Assembly: GCA_050250935.1 (NCBI GenBank)
Contig: JBFWNS010000001.1
Coordinates: 130,102-194,101 of the forward strand
Direction of reading: 5' to 3'
From: Candidatus Margulisiibacteriota bacterium
GTDB taxonomy: Bacteria; Margulisbacteria; Marinamargulisbacteria; JBFWNS01
DNA length: 64,000 nt
The notes beneath the pieces are model-generated. The model did no database searches, was not told where the DNA came from, and saw nothing but the letters and a program-made list of their open reading frames with translations. Made by a program: the position numbers and the translations under genes. Shown here one piece after another: positions 8,982 through 19,039 of this stretch (position 1 is the first letter of the stretch; each line of letters opens with the position of its first letter).

Positions 8982-11096
8982 TTACCGCAATTGAGCCCTA
9001 ATTCCCTCGAACAAAATCTTCACCACCTCTGGCAGCTGTCCATAGCGGTCTTCGACTTCCCAAATTAAATCGTCCAGTTCGTCTTGTCGGGTTACGCCCA
9101 TCAAGCGCTGATAAATGGCCAACCGTTCGGATTCTGTATCGATGTAGTCGTCGGGGATATAGGTCTGAAGCACGTCTTCCAAATGAAGGGTTGGTTTTTG
9201 AGGCGGTCGTTGGCCTCGCGCTCGATAAACGGCATCTTCCAAAAGCTTACAATACAACTCGAAGCCCACAGCTGTGACATGGCCCGATTGCCGGTGCCCG
9301 AGCATGGTTCCGGCCCCCCTCAATTCGAGGTCTTTGAGGGCCAATTTGTATCCCGATCCCAAGGCCATATAGTCGCGAATGGCTTGGAGGCGCTTGATCC
9401 CTGCCCCGCTGAGGGTTTCTTCGCTGGTGTAAAACAAATGGGCATAGCCTTGTTTTTCGGTTCGTCCCACCCGACCCCGCAATTGGTGGATCTGAGACAA
9501 CCCAAAGTTTTCGGCTTTTTCGATGATGATGGTATTGGCGTTGGGAATGTCCAACCCGTTTTCGATGATGGTACTGCAAAGCAAGACCTGAATCTCGCCT
9601 GCCAGAAACCTTGCCATGGTTTTTTGAAGGGCCCCTTCTGGCATTTGGGCATGGGCCACCTCCAGGGTGACATTCCCCAAAATTTTTTGAAGCGCCGCCG
9701 CCCGTTGGGCGCTGTAGCGAACGTTGTTATAGATGTAAAACACCTGCCCACCCCGAGACAATTCGGTGGCTACAGCCTGATGAACAGCCTCGTCGCTGTA
9801 GGCTTGAACCGCCGTTAAAACCGGTTTTCGCTTCAAGGGCGGGGTACTGATGAGGGACAAATCTCGAGAGCCTGTCAACGACAAATAGAGGGTTCGGGGA
9901 ATGGGGGTTGCACTGACCGACAAAACATCCACCGTGGGATGGGCTTTTTTGAGGGCTTCTTTGTGGGTCACCCCAAAGCGTTGTTCTTCGTCCAAAATTA
10001 AGAGGCCTAAATTTGGAATACTCACATCTTTTTGAAGCAAACGGTGGGTGCCAATGACCACATCCACGCTGTTGCGTTTTAAGCCATCCAAAATGGCTTG
10101 CTGGTCTTTTTTAGACCGAAACCGAGACAACCCCTCAACCCGGATGGGAAAGGGCTCGAATCGCTTTTTAAACAGGGTCAAATGCTGTTCGGCCAACAGG
10201 GTGGTTGGGGCCACGATGGCCACTTGCTTGCCGTTGTCTGCCGCTTTAAAGGCAGCCCGGAGCATAACTTCGGTTTTGCCATAGCCCACTTCACCACAGA
10301 GCAACCGGTCCATGGGACGCTGGGATTCCATATCGGCTTTAATGGCGGCAATGGCCGACAGTTGATCCTGGGTTTCTTTATAGGGAAAGGTGGCCTCTTG
10401 CTCGAGTTGCCAGACGCTGTCTTCTTTGCAGGCAAACCCCACCACCAATTGACGTTGTTTGTACAGCTCGTAAATGTCCGAGGCCAATTCCAAAACGGCT
10501 TTTTGGGCCTTCTTTTTGGTGGTTTTCCAGCTGCCGTCATACAGGCCATTAATCACGGGCTCGGTTTCGGAGTCGCCATAGGGATGCACCCAATTCAACT
10601 GGTCCAAAGGCACAAACAACCGGTCTTCGCCCTTGTATTGAATCCACAAAAAGTCGCCTTCTTTTCCAGCAAAAGCCCGGCGAACCAGTCCTTTATAGCG
10701 CCCCACCCCATAGTGTTCGTGAACCAAAATATCGTCGATTTTGTAGGTCGACAGAACCGAATCGTCCAACACCGCCTCGCCCATGGGTTGGAAATAGGGG
10801 GATTTTTGAACCGTATTCGTGGCCGCAATGGTGGTTTTTTTGAGTTCGGACAAAGACCGTTGTGTTTGAACCAAAAACGAATTGAGCCGCTCGATGGACT
10901 CCCCAAAATAGTCGATGCGAATGGGATTGGTTTGATTCACCGCAAACACGTCGATGATGGAACCACGCACCGAAAACTCACCCGCTTCCAAAACCATGGG
11001 AACCCGGACATAGCCCAGATCCACCAAATTTTTGATTAGGTTTTCGTGACTGGGGTATCGCTTTTTGGTCAGGTCTAGGGTAAGGGTCATTGCCAA
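8982..11096 (-). CDS. mfd: Transcription-repair coupling factor Mfd, short form lacking the N-terminal UvrB-homology region
   Basis: 704 aa; CarD/TRCF RNAP-interaction motif (ILVHEHYGVGRYKGL...FVPLDQL), superfamily-2 helicase with DEEQRFGV, TRCF C-terminal region. Upstream sequence is occupied by the comF-like gene, so no N-terminal extension is possible. Confidence 0.8.
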   Translation of the reverse strand: MAMTLTLDLTKKRYPSHENLIKNLVDLGYVRVPMVLEAGEFSVRGSIIDVFAVNQTNPIRIDYFGESIERLNSFLVQTQRSLSELKKTTIAATNTVQKSPYFQPMGEAVLDDSVLSTYKIDDILVHEHYGVGRYKGLVRRAFAGKEGDFLWIQYKGEDRLFVPLDQLNWVHPYGDSETEPVINGLYDGSWKTTKKKAQKAVLELASDIYELYKQRQLVVGFACKEDSVWQLEQEATFPYKETQDQLSAIAAIKADMESQRPMDRLLCGEVGYGKTEVMLRAAFKAADNGKQVAIVAPTTLLAEQHLTLFKKRFEPFPIRVEGLSRFRSKKDQQAILDGLKRNSVDVVIGTHRLLQKDVSIPNLGLLILDEEQRFGVTHKEALKKAHPTVDVLSVSATPIPRTLYLSLTGSRDLSLISTPPLKRKPVLTAVQAYSDEAVHQAVATELSRGGQVFYIYNNVRYSAQRAAALQKILGNVTLEVAHAQMPEGALQKTMARFLAGEIQVLLCSTIIENGLDIPNANTIIIEKAENFGLSQIHQLRGRVGRTEKQGYAHLFYTSEETLSGAGIKRLQAIRDYMALGSGYKLALKDLELRGAGTMLGHRQSGHVTAVGFELYCKLLEDAVYRARGQRPPQKPTLHLEDVLQTYIPDDYIDTESERLAIYQRLMGVTRQDELDDLIWEVEDRYGQLPEVVKILFEGIRAQLR

Positions 11097-11746
11097 TCCG
11101 GGACATAGGCCAGGGTAAAGCCCACCATGTCGAGGTTTCTGTGGTGTTTGAGGGTTTTGGCCAGTTCGGTCAGGGTGGCCCCCGAGGTTAAAATGTCGTC
11201 TACCACGGCCACGCGCTGGTAAGGGGGAAAGCTGTCTTCCACCCTAAAACAATTCCTCAAAATGGTTTTGCGTTGTTCGGCAGTTTGGGCATGAAGGGGC
11301 GGCGTGTCGACGGTTCGATTCACCGGGGTTGTGTAGTGGGCTTGATGGGTTTCAAAATAGGGCGAAAAGACCAAATCGAGGTGATTATAGCCCCGTTTTC
11401 GAAGCCGATCGGGGTGACTGGGAACAGGAATCCAGGCGTCGATGCCATGGAAGGGCAACACCCCCATGTGTTTTTGAAGGGCGGCCACCAACAGGGGGGC
11501 AGCCTCAGGACACTGTTCAAATTTCAAGGCCCGTATCAGCGATTTAACCGGCCCCTCGTAGGGAAAAAGTCCAATTACAGAGACCATCCCTTCTATGTGG
11601 GTATTAAAATGAGGCTTCGGAACCACCTGTTTTCGACAGGGCTCGCACAAGATTCCCTCTCCCAAACTACCACAATGGCAGCAGACCCTGGGAAAAATAA
11701 GATCGAATAGTTTGACCAACCAGGACTTCATCATGCCCCAAATCAT
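11087..11746 (-). CDS. comF: ComF family protein (zinc-ribbon plus phosphoribosyltransferase domain)
   Basis: 219 aa; N-terminal CxxC...CxxC pairs, C-terminal PRTase motif VAVVDDILTSGATL; stop overlaps mfd start. Confidence 0.7.
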   Translation of the reverse strand: MIWGMMKSWLVKLFDLIFPRVCCHCGSLGEGILCEPCRKQVVPKPHFNTHIEGMVSVIGLFPYEGPVKSLIRALKFEQCPEAAPLLVAALQKHMGVLPFHGIDAWIPVPSHPDRLRKRGYNHLDLVFSPYFETHQAHYTTPVNRTVDTPPLHAQTAEQRKTILRNCFRVEDSFPPYQRVAVVDDILTSGATLTELAKTLKHHRNLDMVGFTLAYVPDWQ

Positions 11747-11800
11747 AGTCTGGATTGGCCTCTTGCCACAACGTTTGGGTGTGACCTACCATGAACCTCC

Positions 11801-12472
11801 ATGAAAACCTATCGCATTGCTCCCTCCATTTTGTCTGCCGATTTTGCCCGTTTGGGCGATGAAGTCAACGCCGTTTTGGCAGCCGGTGCCGATTGGGTTC
11901 ATTTTGATGTCATGGACAACCACTATGTCCCCAACCTGACCATTGGGCCTTTGGTGTGCGAAGCGTTGCGCAACCACGGCATTACAGCCCCCATCGATGT
12001 GCATTTGATGGTCAAACCTGTGGATCGCATTATTGGGGATTTTGTTAAAGCCGGTGCCTCGGCCATTACCTTTCATCCCGAAGCGTCTGAACACATCGAC
12101 CGATCTTTGTCGTTGATTAAAGACGCGGGTCTGATGGCCGGCTTGGTGTTTAACCCTGCAACGCCATTGGATTATTTGGACTATGTGATGGACAAAATTG
12201 ATATCGTACTGATTATGTCCGTTAATCCCGGTTTTGGGGGGCAATCTTTTATCGATGCTGTTATTCCCAAAATCAGAAAAGCCAAAGAAAAAATTCAGGC
12301 CAGTGGCCGCAATATTATTTTGGAAATTGATGGGGGCGTAAACCCTGGCAACATTCGCCGCATTGCCGAAGCGGGAATCGACACATTTGTGATTGGTTCT
12401 GCCCTTTTTAAAACCCCCAACTATGTGGACACCCTTGCCCAGTTTAGAAACGAGCTGGCACAAGCACGTTAG
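11801..12472 (+). CDS. rpe: Ribulose-phosphate 3-epimerase
   Basis: 223 aa; [36 protein letters not shown] motifs. Confidence 0.9.
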   Translation: MKTYRIAPSILSADFARLGDEVNAVLAAGADWVHFDVMDNHYVPNLTIGPLVCEALRNHGITAPIDVHLMVKPVDRIIGDFVKAGASAITFHPEASEHIDRSLSLIKDAGLMAGLVFNPATPLDYLDYVMDKIDIVLIMSVNPGFGGQSFIDAVIPKIRKAKEKIQASGRNIILEIDGGVNPGNIRRIAEAGIDTFVIGSALFKTPNYVDTLAQFRNELAQAR

Positions 12473-13121
12473 CATCCAAAAAATCCGGGGACGCAAGTCG
12501 CTGAGCCTTCGTGTGGAAGGCCCCGATCGGATTGTGGTGCGGTCGCCTTGGTTGGTGTCGCCGAAAACCATTTGGCAGTTTATCTATGAAAAATCCGACT
12601 GGATTCAAGACCGCTTGGACGATCACGCCGCCAGGCACCGTCCCCTGACAACCGGCCGGGAATTGCTGTATTTGGGCCAACCCAAAACCCTTCAGATTGT
12701 CCCTTCACCTAAAAAAAGACCGGTTGTAACCTTGGCACAAGACACCTTAAGGGTTGCAACCCAACACCCAGAAACTGTTAAAGCCGCTTTGGAAAAATGG
12801 TATCGGGCCAACGCTGCCGACATCATTTCGGACCGGGTCTCGATTTTTCAGCCCCAGGTCGGGAAACCGGTCAATGCCATTCGGTTTAAAACCCTCAAAA
12901 GCCGCTGGGGCAGTTGTTCGTCCAAAAATAATTTAAACTTTAACTGGACCCTGATGATGGCCCCTCTGGATGTGATCGATTATGTCGTGGTTCATGAACT
13001 CTGCCATTTGCTGGTCCCCAACCATTCGGCTGCCTTTTGGGAAACCGTCGCCAAGATCTTGCCCGACTACAAACAGCGGTGGGCCTGGCTTAAAAACAAC
13101 GGGGAAAAACTCCGCCTTTAG
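12393..13121 (+). CDS. YgjP-like metal-dependent hydrolase (DUF45 / WLM-type HExxH)
   Basis: [12 protein letters not shown] zinc-binding motif near the C-terminus; listed ATG overlaps rpe by 80 nt, so the true start may be a downstream alternative start codon. Start uncertain. Confidence 0.65.
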   Translation: MVLPFLKPPTMWTPLPSLETSWHKHVSIQKIRGRKSLSLRVEGPDRIVVRSPWLVSPKTIWQFIYEKSDWIQDRLDDHAARHRPLTTGRELLYLGQPKTLQIVPSPKKRPVVTLAQDTLRVATQHPETVKAALEKWYRANAADIISDRVSIFQPQVGKPVNAIRFKTLKSRWGSCSSKNNLNFNWTLMMAPLDVIDYVVVHELCHLLVPNHSAAFWETVAKILPDYKQRWAWLKNNGEKLRL

Positions 13122-13124
13122 CCG

Positions 13125-13367
13125 CTAGGAGGCTTTGGACCTGCGGGGTTTTTGGAAATGGCTCAGGGTAAACAAAGCATGCTTTTTAGCCTCGGACAGC
13201 TTTCGAATCAACGGCACGGTGTCGATGGCCATATCGTAGTGGTGTTTGCGCAAGTCGGTATTGTGCAGGGCCTCGGTTTCCAGTTCGTAAATCAGGGATT
13301 GCAATTGATTGGCAACCTGGGCGATACGCTCCAAATGGTCTTTGCCCAACTGTTCTTCGGCGCTCAT
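13125..13367 (-). CDS. Hypothetical small protein
   Basis: 80-aa ORF whose start overlaps the stop of the upstream EVE-domain gene by 4 nt, suggesting translational coupling; no motif recognised. Confidence 0.35.
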   Translation of the reverse strand: MSAEEQLGKDHLERIAQVANQLQSLIYELETEALHNTDLRKHHYDMAIDTVPLIRKLSEAKKHALFTLSHFQKPRRSKAS

Positions 13368-13840
13368 GGTTTGGGTTTGCCCAGGGTTTCGATGAACTTA
13401 AATTCGGCTTCTGTGACGGGCTGAACCGACAGGCGAGACCCTTTTTGAAGCACCACCATGTTGGCCAATTCGGGGTATTGTCTTAAATCCGACAAGGACA
13501 CAAACTTGGAAAACGTGCTGACATAACCCACATCCACCATTTCCCAAATGGGTTTTTCGGGGGTGGATTTGGGATCAAAATGATCGTGATTGGGGTCTTC
13601 CCAAGCGGTAAAATCGGGGTGGGCTGCTTTCACCACTTTACAAATGCCAGCAATCCCCGAAGGCTCGGCGTTGGAGTGATAAAAAAAAGCCAAATCCCCA
13701 ACCGACATGGCATCGCGCATAAAATTTCGGGCTTGATAGTTTCGAATGCCATCCCAAAAGGTGGCTTTGTCTCGCTTGAGATCGGCAATGGAATAACAAC
13801 CGGGCTCTGTTTTTAATAGCCAGTACTTCATATTCGTCAT
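13364..13840 (-). CDS. EVE (PUA-like) domain protein
   Basis: MKYWLLKTEP...FFYHS pattern typical of EVE-domain proteins; start at 13840 or 13831. Confidence 0.7.
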   Translation of the reverse strand: MTNMKYWLLKTEPGCYSIADLKRDKATFWDGIRNYQARNFMRDAMSVGDLAFFYHSNAEPSGIAGICKVVKAAHPDFTAWEDPNHDHFDPKSTPEKPIWEMVDVGYVSTFSKFVSLSDLRQYPELANMVVLQKGSRLSVQPVTEAEFKFIETLGKPKP

Positions 13841-13861
13841 GATAAATTTTATACTGTCGGG

Positions 13862-14197
13862 ATGCAAGGCCACACCCATCACCAGTCCGAAGGCGCCCTC
13901 CAGGAGCTTGTCGCCGTTAAACCCCCACATTTTTATACCGTGGTGCTGTTAAACGACGATTTTACGCCCATGGAATTTGTCACTTGGATTTTGGAGACCG
14001 TGTTTTATAAAACCCCAGAAGAAAGTGTGAAGTTGATGCTCGATGTCCACCACCGAGGGCGTGGCGTTTGTGGGGTGTTCACCTATGACATTGCCCGCAG
14101 CAAAGCCAGCCAAGTCGAAGAGCTGGCCAGGCAACACCAACACCCGCTACACTGTGTGATTGAACCCGTTTCCCCCGAAGATAGCACCGCACCATGA
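13862..14197 (+). CDS. clpS: ATP-dependent Clp protease adaptor ClpS
   Basis: KPPHFYTVVLLNDDFTPMEFV...GVCGVFTYDIA matches the ClpS core. Confidence 0.85.
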   Translation: MQGHTHHQSEGALQELVAVKPPHFYTVVLLNDDFTPMEFVTWILETVFYKTPEESVKLMLDVHHRGRGVCGVFTYDIARSKASQVEELARQHQHPLHCVIEPVSPEDSTAP

Positions 14198-14204
14198 TAC
14201 TGCC

Positions 14205-16403
14205 ATGATACTAATTGAAGAACTCGAAAAAACCCTTACAGCCGCCTACGACGAAGCCAAAACCCGTCATCACGAATTTGTGACGCTTGAACACCTGCTG
14301 TTGGCTTTAACCTTCGATCGGATTTCGGCCACACTTTTGGAAGTGTGTGGGGCCAATTTAACCACCCTTCGCCAAGACCTTCGTAGCTTTTTGGATGAAA
14401 AAATCACCGCCCTGCCCCCCCATATTCAAAAAGACCCCGAATATTCGGTGGGCTTTCAGTTTGTGTTGCAACTGGCCATTGGGCATAGCGAATCGGCCGG
14501 TAAAAATCACATTGATGCCAGCAACCTGTTGGCGGCGTTGTTTCGCGAAGAGCAATCGGCTGCGGTGTATTTTTTGAGCCAACAAGGGATCTCGCGCTTG
14601 GATGTGCTTCGGGTGATGGCCCATGGCAGTGCCAAACCCGAGGTTGAACGCACCGAAACATCCGAAGAATCGGGTGGCGCAAAGGCCCTGGAAGGCTGTT
14701 GCCTGAACCTGAACGAGATGGCCAAAACCCAGGGCTTTGACCAGCTGATTGGCCGAGACATCGAGCTGGATCACATCATCCACTGTTTGGGCCGGCGCCG
14801 AAAAAACAATCCCATTTTGGTTGGGGATGCTGGGGTGGGGAAAACCGCCTTGGCCCAAGGTCTGGCCGCTAAAATCGTGGCCGGCGATGTTCCCGACTTT
14901 TTGAAAAATGCGGTTTTGTATAGCCTCGATATGGGGGCTTTATTGGCCGGAACCCGGTACCGGGGGGATTTTGAAGAACGCCTCAAAAAAGTCCTGACCC
15001 AACTCGAAAAAGAGCCGTTTAGCATTTTGTTTATCGACGAAATTCATACCCTGATCGGTGCTGGAACCTTGGGCAACGGCAATTTGGATGCGGCCAATTT
15101 ACTCAAACCGGTGTTGTCCAGCGGAGCTCTGCGCTGCATGGGGACCACCACCCACGAAGACTATCGCCGCATTTTCGACAAAGACCAAGCCTTGTCCCGC
15201 CGCTTTCAAAAGATCTCGGTTTCTGAACCTTCCGAAACCGAAACCACGGCCATTTTGCAAGGTCTTAAACCGAAATTCGAATTGTTTCATACCGTTCGCT
15301 ACGACGACGCTGTGATGTCCCATTTGGTACAAAGCGCAGGCCGCCTTTTCCACGATCGCCGATTCCCCGACAAAGCCATTGATTTGATGGACGAGGTTGG
15401 GGTGACCCTGAAGCTTCAAAATCGTACCGACAAACACATTACGGTTGCCGATGTGGATGCGGTGCTTAAAACCCGATACCCCCATCTTTTAACCACAGCA
15501 GAACCCGACAAAAAAGACCTTAAATCCAGTTTATCTGCTGTGTTGTTTGGCCAAGACTCGGCCATAGAAACGGTTGCCGATGCTGTGCAGATTGCCCAAG
15601 CGGGTTTGCACGATCCCCAGCGGCCCCTGGGCTGTTTTTTGTTTGCAGGCCCAACAGGGGTCGGTAAAACCGAATTGGCCAAACAAACCGCCGAACACCT
15701 GGGCATGACCTTTTTACGCTTCGACATGAGCGAATATATGGAAAAACACGCCGTTGCCCGACTGATTGGGGCGCCCCCAGGCTATGTTGGCTACGAACAA
15801 GGGGGCTTGCTGACCGAAGCCGTTCAAAAATCCCCCAAATCGGTGGTTTTGCTCGACGAAATTGAAAAAGCCCACGACGATATTGCCAATATCTTGCTCC
15901 AAGTGATGGACCACGGCACCCTGACCGACACCAATGGCCGCGCCGTCAGCTTCAAAAACACCCTCCTAATTTTAACCACGAACGCCGGGGCCAAAGAAAG
16001 CCAACAAAAACCGATTGGATTCGACAAGCCCGATTTCGAGGACCGCAGCAAAGAAGCCATTGAAAAACGGTTTTCCCCGGAGCTGCGGAACCGTCTGACC
16101 GCCATTGTGACTTTTGCCCCGCTTCAAAAGGCCGTCATGACCCAAATTTTGGACAAGGAATTGCAAGTGATTGTCGCCCGCTTGGCCGAAAAAAAGGTTA
16201 TCTTTTCTCTCGATGATGCCGCCAAAACGATTTTGTTGGACAAGGGCTTTGACCCCGCCATGGGCGCAAGACCGCTTAAACGCTGCCTGGAACGGGAAAT
16301 TTTGGTTCCCCTCTCCAAAGCCGTGCTGTTTGGCCAGCTCCAAAATGGTGGAAACGCCACCTTAATCGCCCAAGAAGGCCAGCTTCGGATGAGCTACACA
16401 TGA
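14205..16403 (+). CDS. clpA: ATP-dependent Clp protease ATP-binding subunit ClpA
   Basis: Two AAA+ modules (GDAGVGKT and GPTGVGKT Walker A), N-domain; start set at ATG 14205 just after clpS stop. Confidence 0.9.
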   Translation: MILIEELEKTLTAAYDEAKTRHHEFVTLEHLLLALTFDRISATLLEVCGANLTTLRQDLRSFLDEKITALPPHIQKDPEYSVGFQFVLQLAIGHSESAGKNHIDASNLLAALFREEQSAAVYFLSQQGISRLDVLRVMAHGSAKPEVERTETSEESGGAKALEGCCLNLNEMAKTQGFDQLIGRDIELDHIIHCLGRRRKNNPILVGDAGVGKTALAQGLAAKIVAGDVPDFLKNAVLYSLDMGALLAGTRYRGDFEERLKKVLTQLEKEPFSILFIDEIHTLIGAGTLGNGNLDAANLLKPVLSSGALRCMGTTTHEDYRRIFDKDQALSRRFQKISVSEPSETETTAILQGLKPKFELFHTVRYDDAVMSHLVQSAGRLFHDRRFPDKAIDLMDEVGVTLKLQNRTDKHITVADVDAVLKTRYPHLLTTAEPDKKDLKSSLSAVLFGQDSAIETVADAVQIAQAGLHDPQRPLGCFLFAGPTGVGKTELAKQTAEHLGMTFLRFDMSEYMEKHAVARLIGAPPGYVGYEQGGLLTEAVQKSPKSVVLLDEIEKAHDDIANILLQVMDHGTLTDTNGRAVSFKNTLLILTTNAGAKESQQKPIGFDKPDFEDRSKEAIEKRFSPELRNRLTAIVTFAPLQKAVMTQILDKELQVIVARLAEKKVIFSLDDAAKTILLDKGFDPAMGARPLKRCLEREILVPLSKAVLFGQLQNGGNATLIAQEGQLRMSYT

Positions 16404-17446
16404 AGTGGCTAGGGCTGTTGGTTCTTCTTGTTTTGGTCTTTATGCTTCTGATCCTGTACCTGGGCTACCATTTTTCTGCACCGGGTTATCAGGGTGCGGT
16501 AAGCTATCACTTCAACGGCAAAACCTTTGAAAATGCAACCCCCGTTCGTACCCGATTTCTGGATGTTTTGAAATGGAAATGGACCTCTTCCCCACAGGCT
16601 TGGCCCCAACATGTGCCATTGACCTTTAAGCCCGACATTCAATACCCCATTCCCAGCAAAGCCTTTCGTCTGACCTTCATCAACCACGATACGTTTTTAA
16701 TCGAAGCCGATCACCTTCGGATTTTAACCGACCCCATTTGGTCCAAGCGGGCCAGCCCATTTTCGATGCTAGGGCCCAAACGGGTACATGATCCCGGTCT
16801 TCCCTTTTCAGAACTCCCCCCCATCGACGTTGTTTTGATCAGCCACAACCATTACGATCATATGGACATCCAAACCCTTAAGGCCCTTCAAAAACGCTGT
16901 CGGCCCTTGTTTATTACCGGTCTTGGCAATAAGGCATTTTTGATACAGCAAGGCCTGCAAAACGTGGTTGAATTGGATTGGTGGGATTCGATTCAAGTGA
17001 AGGGCTGGACCCTGACCTTTACCCCCGCCAAACATTTTTCGAGCCGGGGTTTATTTGATCGGAATCAAACGCTTTGGGGTGGATTTGTCGCAAAATCGGC
17101 CACGGGGGCAACCCTCTATTTTGCAGGAGACACGGGATTCGATCCTTTTTTTAAGGCCATTGCAACACAATTGGGCCCCATTGATGTAGCCTTATTGCCC
17201 ATCGGTGCCTACGAACCCACTTGGTTTATGAAGCCCGTACATTGCAACCCAGCAGAGGCCGTCCAAGCCCATCAATTGTTGGGTGCCAAACAAAGTTTTG
17301 GGATGCATTGGGGCTGCTTTCAGCTCACCGACGAGGCCAGAGAACAACCTTTGGCCGAACTGGCATCTGCCCTGAATCAGGCGCACATTCCCACAGCCGC
17401 CTTTAAAGTGCTTCAACCGGGGCAAACCACGCTGGTTCCGTTTTAA
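16400..17446 (+). CDS. Membrane-anchored MBL-fold metallo-hydrolase
   Basis: N-terminal TM segment; HxHxDH-type motif ISHNHYDHMD; overall resemblance to NAPE-PLD-like Zn hydrolases. Confidence 0.7.
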   Translation: MKWLGLLVLLVLVFMLLILYLGYHFSAPGYQGAVSYHFNGKTFENATPVRTRFLDVLKWKWTSSPQAWPQHVPLTFKPDIQYPIPSKAFRLTFINHDTFLIEADHLRILTDPIWSKRASPFSMLGPKRVHDPGLPFSELPPIDVVLISHNHYDHMDIQTLKALQKRCRPLFITGLGNKAFLIQQGLQNVVELDWWDSIQVKGWTLTFTPAKHFSSRGLFDRNQTLWGGFVAKSATGATLYFAGDTGFDPFFKAIATQLGPIDVALLPIGAYEPTWFMKPVHCNPAEAVQAHQLLGAKQSFGMHWGCFQLTDEAREQPLAELASALNQAHIPTAAFKVLQPGQTTLVPF

Positions 17447-17976
17447 ACCCTTAAAGCCAAGGTCTTGTGTTTGCCTGCAATGGCCACATATTTTTGCGCC
17501 CATTTTTGGTTTACTGTAAATGCTTCGGGCCCCAGATTTCGGATTACTTTTCCGGGAACACCCACCACCAATGACCCCGATTCGATGGTTTGATTTTCCG
17601 TGACAATGGCCCCAGCCCCAATGACACATCCTTTTTTAAGAACAGCGCCGTTCAAAATGATGGCCCCCATGCCAATTAAGCAGCCATCTTCGATGGTGCA
17701 GCCATGCAAAACCGCCCGGTGCCCCACCGTCACATCTTCGCCAACGATACACGCGTTGTCATTTTCAACATGAATCACACAGCCATCTTGGATGTTGCTG
17801 CGTTTGCCAATGTGAATGCGGTTGATGTCCCCTCGCAGAACCGCCGAATAAAACACCGAGGCATCTTCTTCTAAAATCACATCCCCCACAACCGTGGCTG
17901 TATTGGCCACAAAAACGCTGGGATGAATGCTAGGCGCTTGGTCTAGAACCGAATCTGGCAAATCGTATTTGTGCAT
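17443..17976 (-). CDS. Gamma-class carbonic anhydrase family protein (left-handed beta-helix)
   Basis: 177 aa with hexapeptide repeats and conserved His residues in the gamma-CA/YrdA pattern. Confidence 0.8.
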   Translation of the reverse strand: MHKYDLPDSVLDQAPSIHPSVFVANTATVVGDVILEEDASVFYSAVLRGDINRIHIGKRSNIQDGCVIHVENDNACIVGEDVTVGHRAVLHGCTIEDGCLIGMGAIILNGAVLKKGCVIGAGAIVTENQTIESGSLVVGVPGKVIRNLGPEAFTVNQKWAQKYVAIAGKHKTLALRV

Positions 17977-17979
17977 GGG

Positions 17980-18153
17980 CTATCCTTTGGGTGTTGTTAA
18001 ATAGCGAATGAGCATCCCCACCCCAATTCCGATTGGTATGATGGGCCAAACCACCGACGCATCGGCAATTTGCAAATTATCCAATAAAAAGACCAACCCA
18101 ATACAGATTAATAGAATCCCAGAAACCAGACCCCGTTTTGGCAAAGCCGCCAT
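17980..18153 (-). CDS. Possible small membrane protein (57 aa)
   Basis: Not in the supplied track (below 60 aa). ATG preceded by GGAG; two hydrophobic segments; sits exactly between two minus-strand genes. Confidence 0.3.
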   Translation of the reverse strand: MAALPKRGLVSGILLICIGLVFLLDNLQIADASVVWPIIPIGIGVGMLIRYLTTPKG

Positions 18154-18157
18154 ATCG

Positions 18158-19039
18158 CTACTCCTTTGTATTAATGGTTAAAGAACCCGATTTTAAATTG
18201 ATGTGAATGCGCAATTCTGGCTTACCTGGGTGATAGTGTTCGCTGATGTATTCGTCTGAACGGGTCTTAAAAAAGCCCGTAATCGTGGTTTTAATCATGA
18301 GGGTATCTTGGAACACAATGCGAACGTTGGCCGAGGCTGGCAGGACCAATTTGGCCCGACCTACCCCACCTTTTAGCTCGACATTTCCACTGGGCGTTTT
18401 GTCGCCAGAAAAATCCAATACATAGTTTCCTGCCGAACTGGTAAAGGTTAAAGAGGCGATGTTCGCATTGGATAATCCATAAAAATGGCAGTCCGAAGCC
18501 CCAGAATCGATGTCCACGGTTAATCGCTCGGGGTTGGGCTCTAGGAACAAGACCGTCATTTTACTGGCCACGGTTTTAAGTTTAAGCGATTTTAAAGGGA
18601 TGCCTGTAAAATCCAAGTGCTGGGTCGAGGTTCTGTTTTCGATCTTAATGGATTGGGTTACGGTTTTGGGCAGGGCCAATTTCCAAGCAAAAGCCGAAGA
18701 CCCCAACCGTTTGGATCGCATTTTTTGGCGCAAATACAAGACCTGATGCCCATTTTCCATGAAGCTTTTCTCGAAGGTTGTCATGACCCGGGGATTCAAT
18801 TCAACTTGCGAGGTCACCGCTTCGTTTGAGGTTGCCGATTCTATGTCCAGTTTTCCGGTTCGAAATTGGATATCGGTAACCATGTCCTTGTCCCCAGCCA
18901 CGCGAAACACCCGCAACTGGCTGTGCCCCCGACGTTGCCACACCGGTTCGGGAGCATGTCTGGACACCACCACAAGTCCTGCGACAATCAAGGTGGTCAG
19001 CCCCATGCTGATCCACCGAAGTCTAGTTTTTGAGGGCAT
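18158..19039 (-). CDS. Hypothetical membrane-anchored protein
   Basis: 293 aa; N-terminal TM helix (LTTLIVAGLVVV), then beta-rich sequence; no confident family assignment. Confidence 0.5.
   Translation of the reverse strand: MPSKTRLRWISMGLTTLIVAGLVVVSRHAPEPVWQRRGHSQLRVFRVAGDKDMVTDIQFRTGKLDIESATSNEAVTSQVELNPRVMTTFEKSFMENGHQVLYLRQKMRSKRLGSSAFAWKLALPKTVTQSIKIENRTSTQHLDFTGIPLKSLKLKTVASKMTVLFLEPNPERLTVDIDSGASDCHFYGLSNANIASLTFTSSAGNYVLDFSGDKTPSGNVELKGGVGRAKLVLPASANVRIVFQDTLMIKTTITGFFKTRSDEYISEHYHPGKPELRIHINLKSGSLTINTKE

Noticed and set aside
10098-11039. 313-aa plus-strand ORF
   Set aside because: Antisense within mfd; no motif, Gly-rich.
8982-11096. mfd as a pseudogene (N-terminal truncation)
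   Set aside because: ORF is intact with start overlapping the comF stop in operon fashion and all C-terminal modules preserved; more likely a naturally short variant.
11786-12571. 261-aa minus-strand ORF
   Set aside because: Antisense to rpe, which has clear conserved motifs.
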